A stretch of 63,948 nt of DNA, the filler included. It is 5 parts of 5 records of this genome, joined end to end, with 100 filler letters (N's around TTAATTAATTAA, not from the genome) between each part and the next. Parts side by side here need not be neighbours in the genome. Positions count along the whole stretch, not along the records: positions 1 to 16,811 come from SRR20825019_2360; positions 16,912 to 33,808 come from SRR20825019_2362; 3 more parts are not named here. One strand, given 5' to 3'. The stretch's first letter is position 1. Each line of letters begins with the position of its first letter. A program made the position numbers and the translations under genes. The notes below the pieces were generated by a model. That model ran no database searches and was not told the origin of the DNA. It saw only the letters and a list, made by a program, of their open reading frames with translations. Positions 11,401 through 20,145 of this stretch are shown here, one piece after another.

Positions 11401-13830
11401 AAGCTGACTGCGGAGCTCCTCAATTGTGGCAGAGAGGGCGTCGTTGGCTTCTGCCGCGGCCTGAAGTTCCTCAGAGGAAGCAGGGGAAGGTGTGTTAGTG
11501 GTGGCCTCTGCAAGTTTGGCCTCAAGCTCCTGGATATCCGTTGTCAGTGTTCCAATAGTCTCATTTGCATCAATGAGCTCCTTCTGGCACTTAACCAGGT
11601 CAAATTCCAGTTCTTGAATCTTGTCGTCCATGTCTTCCATCTTCTGTTTGTCTTCCTCTGACACCGCGCTGCTGCCGGTGGCGTTCGCGAGCTGAGCCTC
11701 AGCCTCCTCAGCTCTTTCTATGGCCTTGGAAAGCTGTCCTTCAAGAGAGCGAATATTTCCCTCGGATGCCTCGACACGCTTCTGCAATGTTTTGTTCTTG
11801 TCATCGGCATCAGCGAGAAGCTTTGCCCGGACATCGCCTTCTTCATTCCCGGCGCTGAGCATATCAAGCTGCTCCGTCAAAGAAACCACCTTCTCATCCA
11901 TTTCTGCGCTCTCGTTCTGAAGGAGCTCAATGGTCTCGAGTAATTCATGCCTTTCTTCCTGGGACATCTCCAGCGCTTCCTTGAGATCACCTGTTTTCTC
12001 TGCACCGAATATAAGTAAGTTGTGTGGCTATATACATCCGTTGCACTACTTACCATTGAGAGCTTCATTCTCTTGCATGAGGCGCTGCATCTCCGACATG
12101 GCTTCGTTCTTGTCTTGGGCACGACCCTGTCGCTCCTGGTCCAACAAGGTCTTCAGTTGCCCCACTTCAGCCTGTGCAGAGGCAAGATCCTCGCTGCTGG
12201 CGCCATTCAGAGCGGGTCCATCAGGAGAATCTTCACCTTCATCCTCTTCGTCTTCCTCTGTAAGTGCAGGGGGTGCGATGAGTTTCTTGGAGGAGCTCTT
12301 GAATTCGAGAGGAAGGAGGGGTCCACTATTGCCCGCCTTTCCAGGGCACCATGTGATACGACGTTTGTTCAGCTTCGCCTTAAAGCCGATGTCATCTTCA
12401 TGTTGCTGACCGTCCTTGTCGTCAGCGCCATGAAGAATCATGCGTGTTAGTTTGTCGACCTTGTCTTTTAGGCTGCTCTCGCGGACCTGAGCCTCTTGAA
12501 GCTCCTGGCGAGCCTGTAGAGGGGATGAGACTGTAGTCATGAGATGCCATCTGCATAATTCTTACCTGCTCGTGCTCCTCAATGCTGATTGCGCTAGATC
12601 CTTTCTCCAATTGTTTGCGTAAATTACTGATCTCCTTCTTAAGGCGATTGATCTGGGCCTCTTCGCTGAGGATCTCGTTCTGCTGGGCGACATTGCGAAT
12701 GCGCTTAGCTCCCTGAGCAAACTTGAGGGTGGACATGGTCTCTTCGCAATGCCTGGAAGCCATTGTGACATTGCAAAGTATGGCAGTGCGAGAGTTCCCC
12801 CCTAGAGCTGGTTGCAGGATGCGGGTCAGCTTGCTCTCACGGTAGGGAATAACCTCGCCTGTTGTGCTTCCTGAGTTGTCCGGTGAGTTAGACTTTTTGT
12901 ATAATGACAATGGCGAGTGACGCACCTTTCTTCTCGCTGAGTTTTGAAATTACTTTGCCGAGGACATGAAGAGACTTGTTGATGTTGGCGCCCTCTCGGA
13001 GGCGCTGTCCTTCAGCCTGGGTCTGAGAAGCCTTCTCTGATCCGGCAAGATCGACAAGATGAAGCGATGCAACACGGACGGCATCTTCCTTGTCGTTGGG
13101 GTTGCTATCAAGCTTGCGGCTCTCAATAATCATCTGCAGTTCTATAAGCGTTATTCACCCTGAATCGATGAAAATACAATACCTTGAAAATTGTGTGGGA
13201 ACGGCTGGAACGCTCATTCATTGCAGTAGCACCAACGTGTCGGTGCTCCTGACCCTTGACAAGGTAGTTCATTACCTCTTCGGGACTAAGTACGATCTCC
13301 TCTTTGCTCTTCACGAAGACCTCACGGTTTACGTTCTCGTGGATGGGCAGGTTTTGAGCTTCCTTCCGAGTGTCCAAGAGATCACGAATGACCTCGTTAT
13401 AAATCTCGAGGTAGGACACGCGAAGCAAGAACTCACGATCGGTAGTTTCCTCAATCTTCTTGAAGATATCAGAAATGGCCAGAGGGATGATTCCTGGTGT
13501 CTTGTTGTCCTCATCGCCGAGCATGGTATAGGTTTTTCCGGAGGATGTTTGACCATAAGCGAAGATAGTAACGTTAAATCCATCCAAGGCAGAAATTACT
13601 TTGTCGCGGCAAGTGCTCTCATAAAGCTTCTCAGTTGTCGTGCGAGGTCCAAAAACATGGTCAAAGGCAAAAGAAGAGCCCTTTTCAATTTTTCCTTGCT
13701 GATTGACCTGCCAGATGGCGTCATGAGCGGCTTTCCATGCTTCCCACTGGCCCTCCTTGTTCTCGCGCTCATTGAGGGGGCGCATGCGCACAGCTACACT
13801 GATGTAGCTGGATTCTTTTTTATCAGCCAT
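8404..13830 (-). CDS. Kinesin-7 / CENP-E-like motor with long coiled coil, multi-exon
   Basis: [70 protein letters not shown]; post-neck KRRITWCPG motif; >1000 aa coiled coil; introns e.g. 13134-13182 and 9232-9300. Confidence 0.92.
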
Positions 13831-14714
13831 GTTACCACTATTAAGTTGTAAGTAGCCGCGCAAAGTATTTAGAAAGAGCGCCTTTGGACATATTTGAGGG
13901 AAGAGGTTGAGCTGAGGTGCGCTTTTGCTTGGTTGTCAGTGAGGTCTATGAACCGCCGAGTCAGCCTTTCACACATCCAATCTCTTCGGGGCCGTATCGC
14001 GGAGGGCTCGCACCTGGGTCCAGTCCTCGTGCAATTAACGCAGCTGGGGGGTCAGTACTGGTCACCCGGCGGGGAGTCATGGTTCACTGGCAGCTCCGGC
14101 CTGTGAGTGTAGCGCTGTGCGCCCTAACGGGCCGGCAGCATCGGTCACCATCACAGTGTACCCCATTTGCAGTGAGGGAGAGGAAGTGAGAAAAACAATT
14201 TACCGTTATGAAATTGTTTCGAGGACGATCTGGCCCGTGAAAGTCCGTGGGCCGGCCACCGGATCACCGGACCCGGCCCCGGCGACCGACCGAACCCGCT
14301 CCCGCCGCGGCCGGGCCCAAAAATGGCGTCGGCCCCCCCGCGGCCGCCGTGGCACTGCCGCGTGGCGCGGCCCGGCCCTCCCGCCGTTCAGCGAGTCGTG
14401 CTGGGCCGCCGGCGGGCGCCCCGGGCCGCGATGCGGTGCCGGGACCCCACGCTCACGCTTGCATCAGACGATTGCCCCCGGCCCCGGCGCCCGCCGCCGC
14501 GCGGGGCAGCCCAGCCCCGCGCGGCTACGTACTACTAGTAGAGGTTGCGGTTCCTAGCAGGTACCCTCGACTGATACTGTGTGTGAGAGGTTGAATGGCC
14601 TGACCCAGCCCATCGATACAGGTCGAGTTTGGAGCGCAGAGTCACATCAGCAAGCCTATGTTATCATTCATTTGACATTCGGTCCAGTCAGTACCGTCAA
14701 CAAGTACAGCCATT

Positions 14715-15665
14715 TCAAAAGGCAGGGTTTTGCTTGCGGATGGTCTCGACAGCCGGGTCTTCTACGATCTCCGAGGCGAACATGAGAATGTCCTCGAGTT
14801 TCCCCGACGGTGGGCATAAGGTGGCCTGTAGCTTTCCCTCGATAACACGCTTAATCCAAATCCCAGCTGCTCCTGTCCTCTCGGGCAGGAATTCACCTGC
14901 CGTCCCCACTGACCCTTCCTTGCCTTCCAATGACAATACTTCATAACGTTCCCCCTCCACTACTAGTGCTGCCCAGTGGTCAATGCACACACCCGTCTCT
15001 CCAGGGTGACGAAGCATCATCTTGTCGAAGTCGATTGCCCTTAGAACCCCATTGCTTTGGATTTTGTCGTGGTGGGGGCAGACCAAGCCGGGCAAGAAAC
15101 CGAGTCCATCCACTCGGATATAGTTCCATTGCTTGGGAGTATCTCCGGGTGCACCGCCGATGGTGCTTTCATCGCCATCGTGCGGAGCAGCAGATAACAT
15201 ACTCTTCTTGAATGAGTCAGGGTCCGCAGAATCGGAGTGCCCTCCATCGAACCAGCAGATAGCTCCTGCACTTCCTCCTGCCAAAACTGCACCACGAACC
15301 ATAGCCTCCTGAAGCAGAACATCCAAGCCAAGCTTCTTCCATCGATCAACCGCAAATAGAGTATTTCCGCCGCTAACAATTACGACGTCGGCTTGGTCAA
15401 CGGCGGCCTTCATCTCACCATGGCTGGGCTCCGAGCAGGCCACGTCAAGGCTTGTTACCTGGCATCCTGCTTGCGCGAACAATCCCGTCTGTCTCTCTCG
15501 CGGCCCGGTCAAGTCATACGTTGCCGTTCCCAAGTATAGAACACGTTTGGGGCTTTCCTTCCTTACAATCAGCTTCATTACCGCATCCCTTACACCAGGT
15601 TCATTGAGGCCGTCACTGCCAGAGCCGACGAAAACGCCGCGGAGGGAAGCAAACCTAGATGCCAT
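14715..15665 (-). CDS. Peptidase family S51 (peptidase E-like, class I glutamine amidotransferase fold), intronless
   Basis: VSGGNTLFAV, GGSAGAICWF (nucleophile Ser), GLGFLPGLVCPHHD. Confidence 0.85.
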   Translation of the reverse strand: MASRFASLRGVFVGSGSDGLNEPGVRDAVMKLIVRKESPKRVLYLGTATYDLTGPRERQTGLFAQAGCQVTSLDVACSEPSHGEMKAAVDQADVVIVSGGNTLFAVDRWKKLGLDVLLQEAMVRGAVLAGGSAGAICWFDGGHSDSADPDSFKKSMLSAAPHDGDESTIGGAPGDTPKQWNYIRVDGLGFLPGLVCPHHDKIQSNGVLRAIDFDKMMLRHPGETGVCIDHWAALVVEGERYEVLSLEGKEGSVGTAGEFLPERTGAAGIWIKRVIEGKLQATLCPPSGKLEDILMFASEIVEDPAVETIRKQNPAF

Positions 15666-16530
15666 AGCCTAAGTGTTTTCCTCATGAATGAATGCAGAAT
15701 GTAATGTTAGATAACCACAATGCCTTTGGCCAGTGCAAGTTGTGGCTGCTCTTTTGGAAGACACCGGGCGTCTGTCGGTTCAAGACGAAGCTGAGGATGC
15801 GCTACCTAGAGACAACACCTGATCAGTGGCCTCACCCGGGGTAGCAATAGAGGCTCGCCTGGGACAAAGACGTCAAAGGTACCTTGCGGGACGGTCGCGC
15901 ATGAAGGGACTGGGCCGCCGGCCCCGGCCGGGCCGCACGCGACCCTGACCGGGGCAGCTTGGCGGGTGCTGGGCTCCGGCGCCCGGCCGTCACGGGCGCT
16001 GGGTACCCCGGGTCAGTACGTAGTCGTACGGTAGGTAGTCGAGGGCAAGTGCGTCCGGTCGCGGCGTGTCAGTGTGGCGGTGGTCGGCGGGCGGGCCGGG
16101 CGCCCTCCGCCCGGCCGGCCACCCGGGGGTCGTGGGGCAAACAACGGGCACTGCCGCCGGCTGGGGGGGCCCCTGGCGCACGGGACCCGGACGGACCGTC
16201 AACGGGACGGATCAGCCGGCCGCACGCCGACCCTGCCGCCGGACGGCGCCCGGCGGCGGCGCACGCACGCCGGGTTTCCGTTTTGGGCGGGGCGCGGGGC
16301 GGCGGGCGGCGGGGCGGCGGGGGCGGGCCGGCCGGCACGGGCCGCACGGGGACGCCGTCGTCATTCGAGCTGAGGACTGAGCCCCTTTGGGTTGCGTCCC
16401 CGCCACCTGGTTTTCGCACAGCGCGCCGTGCGCTCCCACTCGTTCGGCGACGCGAACTTAACCGAGGCATTCTCAAAGACTTGGCACCAAGAGGCAAATA
16501 AAAGAATTGAAAGCAGAATGAATCACTAGT

Positions 16531-16782
16531 ATGGGAACAGAAGTGATAACAAGCTCCAGAGCATCCATGAGGAAAGCTTCCACTGTATCTCAAATGAGCG
16601 AGCCCTTGATGGACTCGGAGCCTAACGTGCCGGAAGAAAATCCATACGAGATGTTCCTTTCCCAGGCCTCTAGTCGTCCATCCATGACCATCTCTTTAGC
16701 GTTTGGTGACTTGCAATATTCTGTTGCAAACGGCAGGAACTCTAAGAAGCGAATTCTTGATGGCCTTTGGGGTAGCTGTCAG
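16531..16782 (+). CDS. Probable ABCG-type transporter, first exon only (contig breaks in the intron)
   Basis: ISLAFGDLQYSV....KKRILDGLWG resembles the segment before the ABCG nucleotide-binding domain; followed by a GT donor at 16783 and a poly-C run. Confidence 0.55.
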
Positions 16783-16811
16783 GTGCGCCCCCCCCCCCCC
16801 CCCCCCCCCCC

Positions 16812-16911
16812 NNNNNNNNNNNNNNNNNNNNNNNNNNNNNNNNNNNNNNNNNNNNTTAATTAATTAANNNNNNNNNNNNNNNNNNNNNNNNNNNNNNNNN
16901 NNNNNNNNNNN
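16812..16911. other. Artificial contig linker N44-TTAATTAATTAA-N44
   Basis: Identical 100-nt spacer occurs four times; composition and taxonomy change abruptly across it. Confidence 0.98.
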
Positions 16912-17203
16912 TTTCCAACGCAGCGATCACGCCCAGCGCACCATCCAGCCAGCCGCCCGTCGGCTGGCTGTCGCTGTGTGATCCCAACAGGATCGACGGT
17001 CCATCGGCCAGCCCGAAGAGATTGCCCATCGCGTCCATCTCGACCCGCAAGCCTGCATCGCGCATCTGATCGGCCAGCCACGCACGCGCCGCAACATCCG
17101 GTTCGGAATAGGCAGGCCGCACCACGCCCACCCCTTGCGCGCCAAAACGGCGCAATGCGTGCAAATCTTTCAGAAACCGCTGACCGTCTACCTGCATATT
17201 CAT
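16912..17203 (-). CDS. M20-family Zn-dependent amidohydrolase (N-carbamoyl-amino acid/allantoate type), N-terminal part
   Basis: [44 protein letters not shown]. Confidence 0.9.
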
Positions 17204-17276
17204 CCCCTCGCGGTTGACCACCGCCCTTGCCCACGAAATAACGTGGGCACATGCCCTGCCACAAGGTAATAAGTCC

Positions 17277-18980
17277 ATGGCCCAGCCCATTATCGGTATT
17301 GATCTTGGCACCACCAACTCGTTGATTGCCGTGTTCGAAGACGGCGCGCCGCGCCTGCTGGCCAATGCGTTGGGCCACAGCCTGACGCCTTCTGTCGTAT
17401 CTCTTGAGGGCGACAAAGTGCTGGTGGGCGAGGCCGCGCGCGACCGTCAGACCACCCACCCCAAGGACACCGCAGCCGCGTTCAAACGCGCCATGGGGAC
17501 GGACACGACATTTCAACTGGGCCGCAAGAAATTGCGGGCCGAGGAACTGTCCTCGCTGGTGCTGCGCAAGCTCAAGGACGACGCCGAGGCGGCCCTTGGC
17601 CAGACCATCCGCGATGTGGTCGTGTCCGTGCCTGCCTATTTCAACCAAGGCCAGCGTCAGGCCACCATGGCCGCCTGCGCCATGGCCGACCTGAACGCGG
17701 TCCGGCTGGTGAATGAACCCACGGCTGCGGCGCTGGCTTACGGCTTGCAGGACCGCGATGGCGAAAGTCAGTTTCTGGTTTTCGACCTTGGCGGCGGCAC
17801 CTTTGACGTGACCGTGCTGGAACATTTCGACGGCGTGATGGAAGTCAAAGCCTCTTCCGGAGATGCCTTTCTGGGCGGCGAGGATTTCTCGGAAGCATTG
17901 GCCAAGGCGATGGCCGACCAGATCGGAACCCCGTGGGCCAAGTTGAGCAAGGACAACCAGCAACAGCTGCGCTTGCAAGCCGATGTGGCCAAGCGGCATC
18001 TGAGCGGCAAGGACGACTTCGAAGCCCGCCTGAAACTTGACGGCGCGCATCACACCCTCAGCCTCAGCCGCGCCGATTTCGAGACCGCCTGCGCCCCGCT
18101 GATCAAACGCCTGCACCGCCCGATCGAGCGGTGTTTTTACGACACCGGCCTTGATACCGACGCGCTGGATCGCGTCATTCTGGTGGGCGGTGCCACCCGT
18201 ATGCCGATGATCCGCCAGATGGTTGCCCGCCAGTTCAAGCGGCTGCCGGAAATGACCATCGACCCCGATCATGCGGTGGCGCTGGGGGCAGCGGTACAGG
18301 CGGCGCTGGTTGCCGAGGACCGCGCGCTGGACGACGTGGTGATGACAGATGTCTCGCCCTTTTCCGTCGGCATCGAAACCGCAACCAAGCTGAAGAACGG
18401 CACCGTCATAGGCGGCTTCTTCCAACCGATCATCGAACGCAACACACCCCTGCCCGCGTCGCGGCAAAGCAGCTTTTCAACGATGGACGACAACCAGACC
18501 CAACTGCGCGTCGACATCTATCAGGGCGAGGCCCCCAAGGTCAGCGACAACGTGCATCTGGGCCAGTTCAATCTGGACGTGCCAAAGGGCAAGGCCGGCC
18601 ACGAGGGCATGTTCGTACGCATCACCTATGATCCCTCCGGCCTGATCGAGGTCGAGGCAACGTCGATCAGCACCGGCAAAAAAGCGGGGCTGGTGATCCG
18701 CGACAACGTGTCGAACCTGACCGAGGCCGACATCGCCAAACGGCTGGAACAAATGCAGACGTTCAAGATGCACCCGCGCGAGGACGAGGAAAACACCGCC
18801 TTTCTGGCCCGTATCCGGCGGCTGTACGAAATGGCCAGCGGCGACGACCGGCACCTGCTGCAAGGCATGTTGATGGAATTCGAAGGCGCGCTCGAAGGGC
18901 AGGACCCCGCCGAGATTTCGCGAATGCGCGGTGACATGGGCGAAACGCTGGACCGGATCGACGATTACTATGTCTCCTAG
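17277..18980 (+). CDS. hscC: Hsp70-family chaperone, HscC type
   Basis: [59 protein letters not shown]-terminal [10 protein letters not shown] and short lid, as in HscC. Confidence 0.88.
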   Translation: MAQPIIGIDLGTTNSLIAVFEDGAPRLLANALGHSLTPSVVSLEGDKVLVGEAARDRQTTHPKDTAAAFKRAMGTDTTFQLGRKKLRAEELSSLVLRKLKDDAEAALGQTIRDVVVSVPAYFNQGQRQATMAACAMADLNAVRLVNEPTAAALAYGLQDRDGESQFLVFDLGGGTFDVTVLEHFDGVMEVKASSGDAFLGGEDFSEALAKAMADQIGTPWAKLSKDNQQQLRLQADVAKRHLSGKDDFEARLKLDGAHHTLSLSRADFETACAPLIKRLHRPIERCFYDTGLDTDALDRVILVGGATRMPMIRQMVARQFKRLPEMTIDPDHAVALGAAVQAALVAEDRALDDVVMTDVSPFSVGIETATKLKNGTVIGGFFQPIIERNTPLPASRQSSFSTMDDNQTQLRVDIYQGEAPKVSDNVHLGQFNLDVPKGKAGHEGMFVRITYDPSGLIEVEATSISTGKKAGLVIRDNVSNLTEADIAKRLEQMQTFKMHPREDEENTAFLARIRRLYEMASGDDRHLLQGMLMEFEGALEGQDPAEISRMRGDMGETLDRIDDYYVS

Positions 18981-20133
18981 GTGGCCGTGGTCCGAACTGG
19001 GCCTTGAGAAACGCGCGACCGAACGCGAGGTCAAACGCGCCTATGCCGCGCGGCTGAAACAGATTGACCGCAATGATCCTGCAGCTTTTGGTGCGCTGCG
19101 CGATGCCTTTTCAGCAGCAAAGAACGGTGCGCTGAAAGACAAGGCTGCCCCCAAGCGCCCGCGCATGGCTGACATTGTGGAAGGACGCACAGGGCTGGAC
19201 GACGCCGTGCCGGTGCCGCTGCGCGAACCTGTGTGGCCTGCGGACACGGCCGCCGAGGCACCGCGTGAAAGCAAGCCGGAACCCGAACCGCCACAGACCG
19301 ACGGCACAGGGCACCCCCCCATTGTCGAAGAGCTGTTCGCAGACACGCCCGAACCACCCAAGGCACCTGCCCCCAAACCCGCGCAGCCGTGGGGGGTTGG
19401 CATCGGTCAAATCGACGCACTGGCGCAAGACGACCCGGCCAGAGCACAGTCGATATTCCAAACGAAAATCGACGAAGCGCTGCGCCCCATGCATTGGGAC
19501 ACCAAGACGCTGGATGCTTTGTTGTCTTTGGACATGGCTCATGACCTGACCCTGCGCCGCTCGCTTGAGGCACATCTTTACGACACGCTGCAGACCCGAC
19601 TGAACGATCCCGAAACCGGCTATCCCACCGAAATGGCCCGCGTGGTCGAAACCCATTTCCAATGGGCCACCGACGGCGTCGGCGCCAGCAAACGGCTGGG
19701 ATGGCGACCCGATTATCAACTGCTGATGTATGGCCACGCGCGGTCTGTGCCGCAGTCTAGCAAACCGCACCTCGCAACGCATGCGAAAGACAATAAATCG
19801 TATGTCTGGCACAAGATCAGCGTTTTCGCTGTGCTGTGCCTGCTGACCATTTCAATCCAGGAAGTGGAGGGCGCTTTTGCCTACTTCGCTATTCTTGTCG
19901 CGCTCGCTGTTCTTTTCATGTTTGTCCGAGTGCTGACCATTCTGAGTGTGGCGATCATCGTCAAACTAGCCAGCCTCCTAAGGCTGAACCTCCCCGCGAT
20001 GCGGCTGGCGCTTTGGGCCTTTCCCGCAACAACGGCCAAGCTGATCACAAGCCCCGAATTCCGCAAGCTAGGTGGTTTCACATTAACCGCTGTTGTTATG
20101 GTCGCGCTTTACCTGATCGACAAATACGCCTGA
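18970..20133 (+). CDS. J-domain-like protein with Pro-rich linker and C-terminal membrane helices (DjlB/DjlC-like partner)
   Basis: ATG overlaps the hscC stop; WSELGLEKRATEREVKRAYAARLKQIDRNDPAAFGALRDAF is J-domain-like; hydrophobic C-terminus. Confidence 0.75.
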   Translation: MSPRWPWSELGLEKRATEREVKRAYAARLKQIDRNDPAAFGALRDAFSAAKNGALKDKAAPKRPRMADIVEGRTGLDDAVPVPLREPVWPADTAAEAPRESKPEPEPPQTDGTGHPPIVEELFADTPEPPKAPAPKPAQPWGVGIGQIDALAQDDPARAQSIFQTKIDEALRPMHWDTKTLDALLSLDMAHDLTLRRSLEAHLYDTLQTRLNDPETGYPTEMARVVETHFQWATDGVGASKRLGWRPDYQLLMYGHARSVPQSSKPHLATHAKDNKSYVWHKISVFAVLCLLTISIQEVEGAFAYFAILVALAVLFMFVRVLTILSVAIIVKLASLLRLNLPAMRLALWAFPATTAKLITSPEFRKLGGFTLTAVVMVALYLIDKYA

Positions 20134-20145
20134 CCCCGCCGCCGC

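Noticed and set aside
16860..18467. Long antisense ORF (535 aa) opposite hscC
   Set aside because: It is the well-known antisense shadow of Hsp70 genes in GC-rich genomes. The same applies to the shadow ORFs over fdh, deoA/deoB, the cupin gene and maeB (62884-63879).
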